Below, one piece after another: positions 28,621 to 39,536 of a DNA stretch of 64,000 nt. The DNA is from Candidatus Latescibacterota bacterium (GTDB taxonomy: Bacteria > Latescibacterota > UBA2968 > UBA8231): assembly GCA_965203355.1 (NCBI GenBank), contig OZ241889.1:1632001-1696000 (forward strand). The letters run 5' to 3'. The notes under the pieces are model-generated. The model saw only the letters and a program-made list of their open reading frames with translations. It searched no databases and was not told where the DNA came from. Each line of letters starts with the position of its first letter. Position 1 is the first letter of the stretch. A program made the position numbers and the translations under genes.

Positions 28621-31251
28621 TCAGGCCCATTCCTCGTTGTCCATTTGCTCTTTCCACTCATTCAGCTTGAGCAATGCCTGAAGCGGCGTAAGCTGGCTGA
28701 GGTCCAGGTGCCGCAGCTCCGCCACCCACGGCGCGTCCGCAGGGGCGGGGAAGAGATTGAGCTGGGATTGAGGGGCTGGTGGGGGCACGGCTGGGCGGTG
28801 GATGTCCTTGGTGTCGATCTGGTCTTTTTCGAGGCGGGCGAGGATTTCTTGGGCGCGGGCGACGACCGGGGCCGGCATCCCGGCCATCTGCGCGACGTTG
28901 ATGCCGTAGCTTTGGTCGGCAGACCCCGGGGCTAGGCGGTGGAGGAACACCACGCGGTCGCCTTCTTCGCGCACCTGCACGTTGAAGTTGACGACGCGCT
29001 CTAAGTGGCTTTCGAGTTCGGTCATCTCGTGATAGTGCGTGGCAAAAAGGGTGCGCGGGTGAATTTCGCGATGCTGATGCAAGTATTCGACAATGGCCCA
29101 GGCAATGCTCAGGCCGTCGAAGGTGCTCGTGCCGCGGCCCAGTTCGTCGATGAGGAGCAAGCTGCGACTGGTGGCGTTGTTGAGGATGTTGGCGGCCTCG
29201 TGCATCTCCACCATAAAGGTGCTCTCGCCACCGGCGAGGTTGTCGGACGCGCCCACGCGGGTAAAAATGCGATCGACGACGCCGATGGTAGCTTGGCGTG
29301 CGGGGACGAAGCTGCCCATCTGTGCCATGAGCGCAATGAGACCCACTTGGCGGATGATGGTGCTCTTGCCGGCCATGTTCGGGCCGGTGATGAGCATGAT
29401 CTGCGCCCCATGGGTATCGAGGCGCACATCGTTGGGAACGAAACGGCCCGTGCGGAGTTGGCGCTCGACGACCGGATGGCGGCCGTCGCGGATTGCGATT
29501 AGCTGGCCGTCGTCCACTTGGGGCCGGGTGTAGGACTCGCTCTCGGCGACTTCGGCGAGGGAATACAGCACGTCGATACGCGCGATGGCGCGGGCCACTT
29601 GCTGGACTTGGGGCGTCCAGCGGGCGGCGCGGTCGCGCAGGGCCAAGAAGAGTTCGTTCTCCAGCTCTTTGAGGCGGTCCTCGGCCCCGAGGACTTTTTC
29701 CTCGTACTCCTTTAGCTCGGGCGTGATGAATCGCTCGGCGTTGGTCAAGGTTTGTTTGCGATGGTACTCAGCCGGGGCTTTGTCGAGGTTGGCCTTGCTG
29801 ATCTCGATGTAGTAACCAAAAACTTGGTTGTAGCCAATTTTGAGCGAGGCAATGCCGGTGCGCTTGCGCTCGGTGGCCTGCAAGCGGGCGATGTAGTCCT
29901 TGCCGCCGCGGGCGATCCGCCGCAGTTGATCGATGTCCGGGTGATGGCCGTCGCGGATTAGGCCGCCTTCGGTCAGGGTCGCCGGGGGGGTGTCCACTAG
30001 GGCACCGCAGATCTCGGCGACTAACTCGCTGACGTCCGGTAGCCCCTTGGCGCGGAGCTCTTGCAGGAGTGCGCTCTGGGCCGAGGATAGCGCGGTGCCG
30101 ATGGCGGGCGCGATGTCGAGCGAGCGAGCGAGGGCCACCAGGTCGCGGGCGTTGGCGCGCAGGCAGCAAATCCGCGCGATCAGCCGCTCTAGGTCGCCGA
30201 CCTGCTCTAGGCATTGGCCGAGGGTGCGGCGGCTCGCGCGCTGGTGTAGCAACTCGTCAATGGCCGCTAGGCGGGCGTTGATTAGGGGCGGGGCCTTGAG
30301 CGGCTGAGCTACCCATTGGCGCAACAGACGTGCGCCCATCGGGGTGCGGGTGCGGTCGAGTATTTCGAGCAAGGTGTTGGCGCGCCCCCCGTCTTGGCGA
30401 TTGGCGATGAGTTCTAGGTTGCGCTGGGCTGTGGCGTCGATGAGGGCAAAGTGCTCGCGGTGCTTGCGCTGAAGGCGATTGATGTGCTCGACCGCGCCGC
30501 GCTGGTTTTCGCGCAAATAGGCCACCGTGGCCCCGCCAGCGCGGATGGCGGCCTTCATGTCCTCGCAGCCAAAGCCCTTCAACGTCTGGACGCGGAGCTG
30601 GCTGGTGAGGGTTTCGTACGCGGTATCGGCGGCAAAGTGCCAATCGGCAAGGCGGCTGAGCGCCACCTGTGGTAGGGCGTTTTGTAGGGTGGCGACCCAC
30701 TGGTTGTCGGCTCCTTCGGAGATGAGCAGTTCGGCTGGTCCTAAGCTCTCTAACTCGTCGGCGAGATCCGGGGTGGGGAGCTCGTCGAGCGCGAAGTCCC
30801 CGGTTGACAAATCGACGCTGGCGAGGCCGACGCAGTCGGCATGGGCGCAGAGGCCGACGAGGAAGTTGTTGCGCTGCTGGTCGAGCATGGCGTCGGCGAG
30901 CGCCGTGCCCGGGGAGACGACCTCTACTACGTCGCGCTTGACCACGCCCTTGGCCTTTTTGGGATCTTCGATTTGCTCGCAGATGGCGACTTTGCGTCCG
31001 AGCTGGATGAGTTTGGCGAGGTAGCCTTCCATGGCGTGATAGGGTACGCCAGCTAAGGGCACATCGCCGGCCGCCTTGCCGTGGTTGCGCGCCGTCAACG
31101 TAAGGCCCAGCAGGCGGGCGGCCTCCTTGGCGTCGTCGAAGAACATCTCGTAGAAGTCGCCCATGCGGAAGAAGAGAATCGCGTCCGGGTGCTGACGCTT
31201 AAAGTGCATGTACTGCTCCATCGCCGGCGTGAGTTTGGTTTTTGGGGACAT
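28621..31251 (-). CDS. mutS: DNA mismatch repair protein MutS
   Basis: GDFYEMF, TGPNMAGKST, STFMVEM, DELGRGTST, FATHYHE. Confidence 0.98.
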   Translation of the reverse strand: MSPKTKLTPAMEQYMHFKRQHPDAILFFRMGDFYEMFFDDAKEAARLLGLTLTARNHGKAAGDVPLAGVPYHAMEGYLAKLIQLGRKVAICEQIEDPKKAKGVVKRDVVEVVSPGTALADAMLDQQRNNFLVGLCAHADCVGLASVDLSTGDFALDELPTPDLADELESLGPAELLISEGADNQWVATLQNALPQVALSRLADWHFAADTAYETLTSQLRVQTLKGFGCEDMKAAIRAGGATVAYLRENQRGAVEHINRLQRKHREHFALIDATAQRNLELIANRQDGGRANTLLEILDRTRTPMGARLLRQWVAQPLKAPPLINARLAAIDELLHQRASRRTLGQCLEQVGDLERLIARICCLRANARDLVALARSLDIAPAIGTALSSAQSALLQELRAKGLPDVSELVAEICGALVDTPPATLTEGGLIRDGHHPDIDQLRRIARGGKDYIARLQATERKRTGIASLKIGYNQVFGYYIEISKANLDKAPAEYHRKQTLTNAERFITPELKEYEEKVLGAEDRLKELENELFLALRDRAARWTPQVQQVARAIARIDVLYSLAEVAESESYTRPQVDDGQLIAIRDGRHPVVERQLRTGRFVPNDVRLDTHGAQIMLITGPNMAGKSTIIRQVGLIALMAQMGSFVPARQATIGVVDRIFTRVGASDNLAGGESTFMVEMHEAANILNNATSRSLLLIDELGRGTSTFDGLSIAWAIVEYLHQHREIHPRTLFATHYHEMTELESHLERVVNFNVQVREEGDRVVFLHRLAPGSADQSYGINVAQMAGMPAPVVARAQEILARLEKDQIDTKDIHRPAVPPPAPQSQLNLFPAPADAPWVAELRHLDLSQLTPLQALLKLNEWKEQMDNEEWA

Positions 31252-31343
31252 GGTTTGAATGGATTGGCAGGTTAGGGTTGGCAACAATAAAAACGCGGTG
31301 GAACGATTGTTCGTCCCACCGCGCTTGATTGCTGTTGTGGAAC

Positions 31344-33161
31344 TTACGACTCGTCGTGCTCGTCGTCGTGCTCGTCGTCGTCGTCGTCGTGGGCCTCTCC
31401 CCAGCTTTCCATCTCGTCGTCCTTGTCGGCAGCGTCGTCGTCCTTGTCGGCAACCTCTTGGAGGGGATGCTCGGCTAAGTAGGCTTCGTACTCAGCTTGA
31501 TCCCGGTCCTTGAAGTACTCGCGCACGCTGAGGACGATTTTCTTCTGGTTCTTGTCGAGCTCGATGACCTCTAGCGGGAGTTCCTGCCCCTCGGCAAAAC
31601 TCTGGCGCGGGGTCTGCAACCCCTCGATGGCCAAATGCGACAGCGGTACGAACCCATCGACTTCGTCGCCGAGTGAGACGACCACGCCGCGCTCGAGCAG
31701 CCGTGAGATGGGCCCCCGCACCTCGACGCCTACGGCGTATTGCTCGGCAAAGAGAGGCCAGGGATTTTCAAAGGCATCCTTGTGGCTGAGCGAAATGCGA
31801 CGGCGCTTGATGTCGATTTCGGTGACGACCACCGGGATCACGTCGCCCTTTTTGAACATTTCGCTGGCTTGGCGAATGCGCTTGGTCCAAGACATATCCG
31901 AAATGTGGACCAGCCCGTCGATGTTTTCCTCGAGTTCGACGAAAGCGCCGAAGTTGGTCAGGCTGCATACCGTGCCTTCGATCTTGGTGCCAAGCGGATA
32001 CTTGGTGTCGAGGGTATCCCACGGGTCGTCCTCGGTCTGCTTCATGCCGAGCGAGATCTTCTGGCTTTCGCTGTCGATCTTGAGCACCTTCACCTCGACG
32101 ATGTCGCCGATGTCGACCAGTTTGGAAGGGTGGCGCACGTGCTGGGTCCAGGACATCTCAGAGATGTGGACTAGGCCCTCAATGCCTTCCTCCAACTCGA
32201 CGAAGGCACCGTAGTCGGTGATGGAGACCACCTTGCCGCGCACTTGGCTCTCGAGCGGGTACTTATTCTCGATGTTCTCCCACGGATGGGCGGTCAGTTG
32301 CTTCAGCCCCAAGGAGATGCGCTCGCGATTGCGGTCGTAGCTGAGCACTTTGACCTTGATGCGGTCGCCGATGTTGACCAACTCCGAGGGGTGGGTGACG
32401 CGCCCCCACGACATGTCGGTGATGTGGAGCAGGCCATCGACGCCGCCTAAGTCGATGAAAGCGCCGAAGTCGGTGATGTTCTTGACGACGCCCTCGCGGA
32501 CTTGGTCTTCTTCCAGCACCTTGACGATTTCCTCGCGCATCCGCGCGCGCTCTTCTTCTAGCACGGCGCGGCGCGAGACGACGATGTTGCGGCGCGCCTT
32601 GTTGAGCTTGATGATCTTAAAGGGAAACTGGTGGCCTATGAACTGGTCGAAGTTTTTGACTTGGCGGATGTCGATCTGCGAGCCGGGCAAGAAAGCCTCG
32701 ACGCCAAAGAGACTGACGACGATGCCGCCCTTGATGCGCCGCATCAATCGGCCCTCGACGGTGTTGCCCGTGTCGTGGGCATCCTTGATCAAATCCCAGA
32801 CCCGCATGAAGTCGGCCTTTTGCTTGGAGAGCACGACTTGGCCCTCTTGGTCTTCGATGTCCTCCAAGAAGACTTCGATCTCTTGGCCTTCCTCAATGGA
32901 GTCGTCGGAAAACTCCCTGATCGACACCGCGCCTTCGGACTTGAAGCCGATGTCGACTATCACTTCACTGGGGCCGATGGAGACGATCGTGCCCTTGACG
33001 ATCTGACCCTCTTTGATGCCGGAGATGCTCTCCTCATAGAGGGCCATAAGTTCGTCGTGTTGGGCCTGATCGTATTCGGGCTTTTCCAACTCTTCGACGC
33101 TGACGTTGCCGTACACAGGAGTTTCCTGCGGCTCGGCTGTCACTGTGGTTTCTTCGGTCAT
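31344..33161 (-). CDS. rpsA: 30S ribosomal protein S1
   Basis: Six S1 domains ([39 protein letters not shown]); acidic tail. Confidence 0.98.
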   Translation of the reverse strand: MTEETTVTAEPQETPVYGNVSVEELEKPEYDQAQHDELMALYEESISGIKEGQIVKGTIVSIGPSEVIVDIGFKSEGAVSIREFSDDSIEEGQEIEVFLEDIEDQEGQVVLSKQKADFMRVWDLIKDAHDTGNTVEGRLMRRIKGGIVVSLFGVEAFLPGSQIDIRQVKNFDQFIGHQFPFKIIKLNKARRNIVVSRRAVLEEERARMREEIVKVLEEDQVREGVVKNITDFGAFIDLGGVDGLLHITDMSWGRVTHPSELVNIGDRIKVKVLSYDRNRERISLGLKQLTAHPWENIENKYPLESQVRGKVVSITDYGAFVELEEGIEGLVHISEMSWTQHVRHPSKLVDIGDIVEVKVLKIDSESQKISLGMKQTEDDPWDTLDTKYPLGTKIEGTVCSLTNFGAFVELEENIDGLVHISDMSWTKRIRQASEMFKKGDVIPVVVTEIDIKRRRISLSHKDAFENPWPLFAEQYAVGVEVRGPISRLLERGVVVSLGDEVDGFVPLSHLAIEGLQTPRQSFAEGQELPLEVIELDKNQKKIVLSVREYFKDRDQAEYEAYLAEHPLQEVADKDDDAADKDDEMESWGEAHDDDDDEHDDEHDES

Positions 33162-33246
33162 GTTGCGCAGATCCTCAAAAAGGTTAAGGCGAAGCGTGCG
33201 CTTCGCGTAGTGTGATACTGGCGCGGGCTTTCCGCACCAGCGTTGG

Positions 33247-33918
33247 CTAGGCTCCGCGTTGGCGGGCTAATGCGACGACGCAATCGACTTGGTCTGCCAA
33301 AGCCATGCGAGTCGTGTCGATTTCGACGATCTCGTCTGCCGCGCTCGTCCCGCCGTAGTCGCGCTCGGCGTCTTGCCGGTCGCGAGTTTGGATGTCGGAG
33401 CGGACTTGTTCCAATGTCATACACACTCCTTTGGCGGTCAACTCCCGATGCCGCCGCCGAGTGCGCTCATCGAGGTCGGCGACCAAGGCGATTTTTAGCT
33501 CGGCGCGGGGAAAGACCACCGCGGCGATGTCGCGCCCTTCGGCGACTATCCCGCCTTCCCGACCCAACTGCCGCTGCTGGGCGACTAGGGCGTGTCGCAC
33601 CAAGGGCACGTTTGCATAGGCCCCGGCTCGGCGGGTGATGTCGGGCTGGCGAATGGCCTCGCTTATGTCCTGTCCGTCGAGCAGGATGCGCCCTCGGCCA
33701 GAGTCCAAGTCTAGGGTCGCGGTCGCCAATAGGGCCTCCAGCGCGTCCTCGTCCTCGGGTGCCACCCCGCGACGGGTCGCCGCTAAGGTCACGGCTCGGT
33801 ACATGGCTCCAGTGTCGAGGTGGCGATAGCCCAACCGCTCGGCCACCCGTCGCGCCGTAGTGGTCTTGCCGGTGCCGACCGGGCCGTCGATGGCGATGAC
33901 TAGCCCGCGCCGCTTCAC
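33247..33918 (-). CDS. cmk: Cytidylate kinase
   Basis: IAIDGPVGTGKTT, LDTGAMYRA, EGRDI; directly upstream of rpsA. Confidence 0.94.
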   Translation of the reverse strand: MKRRGLVIAIDGPVGTGKTTTARRVAERLGYRHLDTGAMYRAVTLAATRRGVAPEDEDALEALLATATLDLDSGRGRILLDGQDISEAIRQPDITRRAGAYANVPLVRHALVAQQRQLGREGGIVAEGRDIAAVVFPRAELKIALVADLDERTRRRHRELTAKGVCMTLEQVRSDIQTRDRQDAERDYGGTSAADEIVEIDTTRMALADQVDCVVALARQRGA

Positions 33919-34664
33919 AAGCCGACCTCGGCTTTGAGCTGGCGGACCTCCTCGGGACTGAGCCGACGGTGTTGGCCGGCCGCGAGCGGGCCGAGCGTCA
34001 GCCCGGCGAATTCGACCCGCGTCAATTGCCGCACCGGATAGCCAACGGCGCGGAGCATGCGGCGCACTTGGCGTTTGCGCCCCTCGTGAATGCACAGGCT
34101 CAGCCGCGCCTGCTTGGTCCAACCGCTACGCCAGCGCGCCTCGACTTGCACCTGAGCCGGTGCTGTGGGGCCGTCGCCGAGCGCGATGCCGGTGCGCAGC
34201 CGGTCGAGTTGGTCCTCGTGCGGGTCGCCGCTGACGATGGCCTCGTAGCGCTTGGCGACGACAAAGCGCGGGTGCAGCAGCCGATGGCCGAGGGCCCCGT
34301 CATCGGTCAGCAGCAAAAGCCCGGTGGTGTCGAGGTCGAGACGACCGACGGGCACGGTGCCTGGGTGGAGGCCGGGCAAAAGGTCGAAGACCGTGGGCCG
34401 GTCGCCCGGGTCGCTGCGCGTGACTAGATAGCCGGTCGGCTTGTGCAAAATCACGTATTCGTACTGGCCGGGCAGGGCGAGAACCCGGCCACCGCACTCG
34501 ACCTGATCGACGCCCACGGCGACGACTCGGCCCGGCTCGGCGACTATTTCGCCGTTGACGCACACGGCTCCGCTTTGGATCAGCGCGTCGCTGTGGCGGC
34601 GCGAGGCCACCCCGCAGCGAGCCAAGAAGCGATTGAGGCGCATTTGCGGCTCAGGAGCGTTCAA
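33915..34664 (-). CDS. rluB: rRNA pseudouridine synthase (RsuA/RluB family)
   Basis: RLNRFLARCGVASRR S4 domain, GRLDLDTTGLLLLTDDG, EGRKRQVRRM; follows scpAB. Start may be 34643. Confidence 0.88.
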   Translation of the reverse strand: MNAPEPQMRLNRFLARCGVASRRHSDALIQSGAVCVNGEIVAEPGRVVAVGVDQVECGGRVLALPGQYEYVILHKPTGYLVTRSDPGDRPTVFDLLPGLHPGTVPVGRLDLDTTGLLLLTDDGALGHRLLHPRFVVAKRYEAIVSGDPHEDQLDRLRTGIALGDGPTAPAQVQVEARWRSGWTKQARLSLCIHEGRKRQVRRMLRAVGYPVRQLTRVEFAGLTLGPLAAGQHRRLSPEEVRQLKAEVGL

Positions 34665-35307
34665 TTTCGCCCCCTTCCTCGGCCTGCTTTTGCAACTCGT
34701 CCAGTTCGGAGGCGAGTTGGCGGGCCGTCGTTGGCTGCCGCCCGTCGGCGAGGAGCTCGGCCAATTCCTTGGGCTTGGGCAACTCGCCCAGCCCGCGCAG
34801 CCCAAAGTGAACTAAAAATTCTCGAGTCGTGCCAAAGAGCATGGGCTTGCCAATGCCCTCGGAGCGGCCCGTGAGGCGGACCATGTTGAGTTCCATTAGC
34901 GTTTGCAACACGCTGGCCGAGCTAACGCCGCGGATGTTGTCGATCTCGACGCGCGTTACCGGCTGCTTAAAGGCGACGATGGCGAGGACTTCGAGGCCGG
35001 CCGCCGTAAGGCGCACTTGGCGCGAGGTCTTGTGGTATTTGCGCAGCCAGGGCCCGTGTTCTTGGCGCGAGGCGAGTTGATAACCGCCGGCCAATTCGAC
35101 GACTTCGATTCCGTGCCCGGCCGCTTCGTACTGGGCGTTGAGCGCGTCGATGGCCTCGCGGATATCGCGGCCGTTGTACCCGGCGAGCAGCTCGACGAGG
35201 CGGCCCGGGGTTGTCGGCTCGGTTGCCGTCAGCAGAATGGCCTCGATGATCGCCCGCGCCCGCTCGGGGTTGACGTCGCGCGAGGCCGCTGTGGGTTCAT
35301 GGCTCAC
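34651..35307 (-). CDS. scpB: SMC-Scp complex subunit ScpB
   Basis: IIEAILL, GGYQL, LEVLAIVAFKQPVTRVEIDNIRGV, FGTTREFL. Confidence 0.95.
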   Translation of the reverse strand: MSHEPTAASRDVNPERARAIIEAILLTATEPTTPGRLVELLAGYNGRDIREAIDALNAQYEAAGHGIEVVELAGGYQLASRQEHGPWLRKYHKTSRQVRLTAAGLEVLAIVAFKQPVTRVEIDNIRGVSSASVLQTLMELNMVRLTGRSEGIGKPMLFGTTREFLVHFGLRGLGELPKPKELAELLADGRQPTTARQLASELDELQKQAEEGGEIERS

Positions 35308-36068
35308 GGGGCTGAATAGGTGGGTTGGGGTGGCGATTGCTCGATCCAGATCTCGTCGAAGGGCCGCGCCTGCTGTACGCGGACGCGCTGCGTCTTGAGC
35401 AGTTCTAGGATCCCCACGAAAGTGGCGATTAGGGCTTGGCGATCGCGGCCTTGGAGCAAGTCCATAAAGTTGATGCGCGCGTTGCGCTCGAGCACGGCCA
35501 ACAGGTAGTTGACGCACTCGGCGACCGAGACTTCTTCTTCGACGATTTGGTGGACCAAGTTTTCGGGCACCGTGTCGAGTACGTGCTTGTACACGACCAA
35601 TAAGTCGAAGAGCGATACGGGCTGGAGTTGGGCCGACTCCTCGACGCTGTCGCCCGGCCCTTGGCGGCGCAGGTACACGTCGCGCCGCTCGTCTTTGCGC
35701 AGGCCCAGCCAGTCGGCAATGTCCTTAAACTGCTGGTACTCTAGCAGGCGGCGGATCAACTCGGCCTGTGGGTCTTCTTCGCCGTCGCCGTCGAGGCCGA
35801 GTTCCTCGCGGGGCAGCATCATCTGCGACTTAATCCGCAGCAGCGTGGCGGCCATGAGGATGAAGTCGCTGGCCTGTTCGAGGTCGAGTTGGTGGATGTG
35901 TTGCAAGAAGCCCAAGTACTGGGTGGTGATGTGGGCGATGGGAATGTCGTAAATGTCCAACTCGTCTTTGCGGATCAGATAGAGCAAAAGGTCCATCGGA
36001 CCTTCGAAGACGTCGAGCTTGACTTCGTAGAGAGCGGTTTCTTCCCGTTCAGTTGCGTCGCGTTCCAT
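35304..36068 (-). CDS. scpA: Segregation and condensation protein A
   Basis: FEGPMDLLLYLI, LLRIKSQMMLP, RLLEYQQFK, FVGILEL. Confidence 0.95.
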   Translation of the reverse strand: MERDATEREETALYEVKLDVFEGPMDLLLYLIRKDELDIYDIPIAHITTQYLGFLQHIHQLDLEQASDFILMAATLLRIKSQMMLPREELGLDGDGEEDPQAELIRRLLEYQQFKDIADWLGLRKDERRDVYLRRQGPGDSVEESAQLQPVSLFDLLVVYKHVLDTVPENLVHQIVEEEVSVAECVNYLLAVLERNARINFMDLLQGRDRQALIATFVGILELLKTQRVRVQQARPFDEIWIEQSPPQPTYSAP

Positions 36069-36081
36069 GAGAGCGCCTGCT

Positions 36082-36597
36082 TTAGTCGATAAAAAGGTAC
36101 GGTTTCCAGCGCTGATCGTTGATGCCGACGAAATTGCGGATGAAGCTCGCGTTGTTGGGGCGCTTGGGTTTGCTGCGCAGCGCGAGGCCGACCTGCTCGG
36201 GCCGGTGTTCGCCTTTTTTGTTGTTGCACAGGGCGCAGGCGCAGACGAGGTTTTCCCAAGTCCCTTGGCCTCCTTTGGTGCGCGGCACAATGTGATCGAC
36301 CGTTAGCTTGCCTTCTTTGCTGCCGCAGTACTGGCACTGGTGATTGTCGCGTTTGAGGATGTTGCGCTTGGAAAGCACGACCCGCCGGCGCGGCGCCCGG
36401 ATGTAGCGCCCGAGGCGGACGACGCTGGGCACCGGATACTCTTGGGAGACCGAATGAATCACCTCGTTCATTTTTTCGACCGCTTCGGCCTTGCCGCGCA
36501 AAATAAGCAGCAAGGCCCGGCGGACGCTGCACACGCTTAGCGGCTCGTAGTTTTGATTGAGGACCAGTACGGTTCTTTCCAGCAAGAGTCTATCCAC
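36082..36597 (-). CDS. HNH endonuclease (McrA-like, Zn-binding)
   Basis: LVLNQNYEPL, RDNHQCQYCG, TVDHIVPRTKGG..WENLVCACALCNNKK. Confidence 0.92.
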   Translation of the reverse strand: MDRLLLERTVLVLNQNYEPLSVCSVRRALLLILRGKAEAVEKMNEVIHSVSQEYPVPSVVRLGRYIRAPRRRVVLSKRNILKRDNHQCQYCGSKEGKLTVDHIVPRTKGGQGTWENLVCACALCNNKKGEHRPEQVGLALRSKPKRPNNASFIRNFVGINDQRWKPYLFID

Positions 36598-36729
36598 GAT
36601 GTAGAGCTGATTAAATCTAAGCTACTTTTGGCATGTTCCAACCCTTGGGATTGGATTGATTATCCAGTTTCCCATGATACAATGCACATCGCTTATAAAA
36701 AAGCGCATTTAGAATGAACAAATGCAAGT

Positions 36730-37122
36730 TCAGTGGTTGGCGATCAGGTCGGCGTATTCTTGGGCACTGAGTAAGTCCTGCAAGTCCTCAGAGTCGTCGA
36801 TGCGGATCTTGAGCAGCCAACCGCCGCCGTAAGGGTCTCCGTTGATTTGTTCGGCCTCTTCCGCGAGGCTGTCGTTGACTTCTAGCACCTCGCCGGAAGC
36901 CGGAGCGATCAGGTCGGCGACGGTCTTAACCGCCTCAAGGGTGCCAAAGGTATCGCCTCGTTTGAGGTGATCGCCCACTTCGGGCAACTCGGCGAATACG
37001 ATGTCGCCCAACTCGGTTTGCGCGAAATCCGTGATGCCGATGGTGGCGATGTTGCTTTCTAGCTGAAGCCATTCGTGGCTTTCCGAGTAGATCAAGTGGT
37101 TGGGGATCTGAGTCTGGCTCAT
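36730..37122 (-). CDS. gcvH: Glycine cleavage system H protein
   Basis: HEW, GITDFAQTELGDIVF, lipoyl-Lys EAVKT, DPYGGGW. Confidence 0.96.
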   Translation of the reverse strand: MSQTQIPNHLIYSESHEWLQLESNIATIGITDFAQTELGDIVFAELPEVGDHLKRGDTFGTLEAVKTVADLIAPASGEVLEVNDSLAEEAEQINGDPYGGGWLLKIRIDDSEDLQDLLSAQEYADLIANH

Positions 37123-37150
37123 AATTGCCTCTCGTGCTTGCTTAAGACGA

Positions 37151-38488
37151 TCACTTCGAGTTGGCTACGTAGTTGGTGTCGAACTGCCCGGCGATAAAGT
37201 CGGGTTCGGTGAGTAGGGTTCGGTGAAAGGGCAAGGTGGTAGCCACGCCTTCTATTGTGCATTCGCTTAAGACGCGACGCATCCGCGCTATGGCATCTTG
37301 GCGGTCGGAGCCGTAGGCGATGATTTTGGCCAGCAGGGAATCGTAGTACGGAGGAATCTCGTAGCCTTGGTAGATGTGGCTGTCGATGCGGACGCCGGGG
37401 CCACCCGGCAGGTGGAGGACTTCGATGATGCCCGAAGAAGGGATGAAGTTGCGTGCGGGATCTTCGGCGTTGATCCGGCATTCAATGGCGTGCCCGGTGA
37501 GTTGGATGTCGGCTTGGCTAAAGCGGAGAGACCCGCCGGCCGCGATGCGAATCTGTTCCCGGACTAAGTCGCTGTTGGTGACCATCTCGGTAACCGGGTG
37601 TTCGACTTGGATGCGGGTATTCATTTCCATGAAGTAGAAGTTGTGGTCTGAATCGACGAGGAGTTCAATGGTGCCCGCGCTGTAGTAGCCGACCGCGGCC
37701 GCACCGGCCAGAGCGGCCGAACCGAGCCGCTGCCGCAAGTCGGGGTCGACTATGGGTGAGGGGCTTTCTTCGAGGAGCTTTTGGTGCCGCCGCTGAATGG
37801 AACACTCGCGCTCGCCGAGGTGGACGAGGTTGCCGTGCTGATCGCCGAGAACTTGGATTTCGATGTGGCGCGCCGCTTCGATGGAGCGCTCCATGTACAC
37901 GGCGTCGCTGGTAAAGGCGGTGCGCGCTTCGCGGCGCGCCATCTGCCAGGCTTCTTCCAATTCATCCATGGCACGCACGACCCGCATCCCGCGCCCACCG
38001 CCGCCAGCCGCGGCCTTGAGGCGCAACGGGAAGCCGACCTTTTCCGCCCATTGACGGGCGTCGTCTAGCGAGTCGAGTGCGCCCTCGCTGCCCGGCACGA
38101 CGGGTACGCCGGCCTCCTGCATGGTGTGGCGGGCGACGGCCTTGTCGCCCATTTTGCGGATGGCCGCCGTGGGCGGGCCGATGAACTGGATGCCGCAATC
38201 GGCGCAGATTTCGGCGAAGTCGGCGTTTTCAGCCAAAGGGCCATAGCCGGGGTGGATCGCGTCGGCATTGGTCAGTTGGGCGGCGCTGATGATATTGACG
38301 ATGTTGCGGTAGCTGTCCTTGCCAGCCGCTGGCCCGATGCAGACGTCCTCGTCGGCAAAAGATATGTGCAAGGAGCGGGTGTCGGCTTGGGAGTGGACGG
38401 CCACCGTCGCGATGCCCATTTCCTTGCAGGCGCGGATGACGCGCAGCGCGATTTCGCCGCGGTCGGCAATGAGGATTTTCTCGAACAC
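37151..38488 (-). CDS. accC: Acetyl-CoA carboxylase biotin carboxylase subunit
   Basis: [41 protein letters not shown]. Confidence 0.96.
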   Translation of the reverse strand: MFEKILIADRGEIALRVIRACKEMGIATVAVHSQADTRSLHISFADEDVCIGPAAGKDSYRNIVNIISAAQLTNADAIHPGYGPLAENADFAEICADCGIQFIGPPTAAIRKMGDKAVARHTMQEAGVPVVPGSEGALDSLDDARQWAEKVGFPLRLKAAAGGGGRGMRVVRAMDELEEAWQMARREARTAFTSDAVYMERSIEAARHIEIQVLGDQHGNLVHLGERECSIQRRHQKLLEESPSPIVDPDLRQRLGSAALAGAAAVGYYSAGTIELLVDSDHNFYFMEMNTRIQVEHPVTEMVTNSDLVREQIRIAAGGSLRFSQADIQLTGHAIECRINAEDPARNFIPSSGIIEVLHLPGGPGVRIDSHIYQGYEIPPYYDSLLAKIIAYGSDRQDAIARMRRVLSECTIEGVATTLPFHRTLLTEPDFIAGQFDTNYVANSK

Positions 38489-38494
38489 AGCCTC

Positions 38495-38950
38495 TTAGTC
38501 AGGTCGAATTTTGAACAGCACTTGGTTGTATTCAACGGGTTGGGCGTCGCCGACGCGGATTTCGACTATTTCGCCTTGGACATCCGCGGGAATCTCATTC
38601 ATGATCTTCATGGCCTCGATGATGCAGAGGGTCTGGCCGCTTTCGATGCGATCGCCCTCGCGCACAAAGGGATCGGCCTCGGGCGCGGCCGCCCGGTAAA
38701 ACGTGCCGACCATGGGCGATAGCACCTCGTGGAGGCCGTCGTCGGTCTTTTCGGCGGGTGCTGGGGCCGCAGGCTCAGGGGGCGCGGTGGACATGGGCGC
38801 AACGGGCATGGAGGGGGCCACCGGGGAGGGCGCACGACTGCGAGTTAAGCGAATGCGCGTACCGTGCCAGAAGCTGTGTTGAACCTCTATTTCTTCTAGA
38901 TCGCTATCGCGAAAAAGCACTAGCAATTTGCGGAGCTTGTCTTCGTTCAC
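38495..38950 (-). CDS. accB: Biotin carboxyl carrier protein
   Basis: SPMVGTFY, EAMKIMNEI. Confidence 0.96.
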   Translation of the reverse strand: MNEDKLRKLLVLFRDSDLEEIEVQHSFWHGTRIRLTRSRAPSPVAPSMPVAPMSTAPPEPAAPAPAEKTDDGLHEVLSPMVGTFYRAAAPEADPFVREGDRIESGQTLCIIEAMKIMNEIPADVQGEIVEIRVGDAQPVEYNQVLFKIRPD

Positions 38951-38968
38951 AGGAGGTGTCGTCCTTTC

Positions 38969-39526
38969 TCAAACGCGCTCTACGTATTCGCCCGTGCGGG
39001 TATCGACCTTGAGCCGGTCGCCCTTGTTGATAAAGAGCGGCACTTGCACCACGTAGCCGGTTTCTAAGGTGGCTGGCTTGACCGCGCCCGTGGCGGTGTC
39101 GCCCTTGACGCCTGGTTCGGTGTGGGTGACGACAAGGGAGACGAAGTTGGGTAGTTCGACGGAGACGACCTCTTCGCCTGCTATGAGGAGAAAGGCGTTC
39201 TCGCTTTCTTTGAGGAGCGTGCTGGCTGTGCCGACGAGTGCCGCGGTCACCGGGAGTTGATCGTAGGTGTCCAAGTCCATGAAGTAGTACAGCCCTTGGT
39301 CGGAATATAGGTATTGCATCTGGCGCTTTTCGAGCCGGACTTGCTCGACCTTGTCGCCCGAGCGGAAGGTGCGGTCGAGCACGGCACCGGTCTTGGTGTT
39401 TTTGAGCTTGGTGCGCACGAAAGCACTGCCCTTGCCCGGTTTGACATGCTGAAATTCGACGATGGAGAAGAGCTCGCCATCGAGGGACATGGTAAAGCCG
39501 TTTCTGAAATCCGTGGTGTCTGCCAT
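38969..39526 (-). CDS. efp: Elongation factor P
   Basis: HVKPGKGSAFVR, PGVKGDTA, VDTRTGEYVER. Confidence 0.97.
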   Translation of the reverse strand: MADTTDFRNGFTMSLDGELFSIVEFQHVKPGKGSAFVRTKLKNTKTGAVLDRTFRSGDKVEQVRLEKRQMQYLYSDQGLYYFMDLDTYDQLPVTAALVGTASTLLKESENAFLLIAGEEVVSVELPNFVSLVVTHTEPGVKGDTATGAVKPATLETGYVVQVPLFINKGDRLKVDTRTGEYVERV

Positions 39527-39536
39527 AGCGCTCCCG

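Noticed and set aside
33189-33206. Palindrome in the rpsA leader as a novel element
   Set aside because: Short structured rpsA leaders are expected; too little evidence for more
31510-33215. Long plus-strand ORFs opposite rpsA and other core genes
   Set aside because: Expected antisense open frames in high-GC coding DNA, with no recognisable motifs
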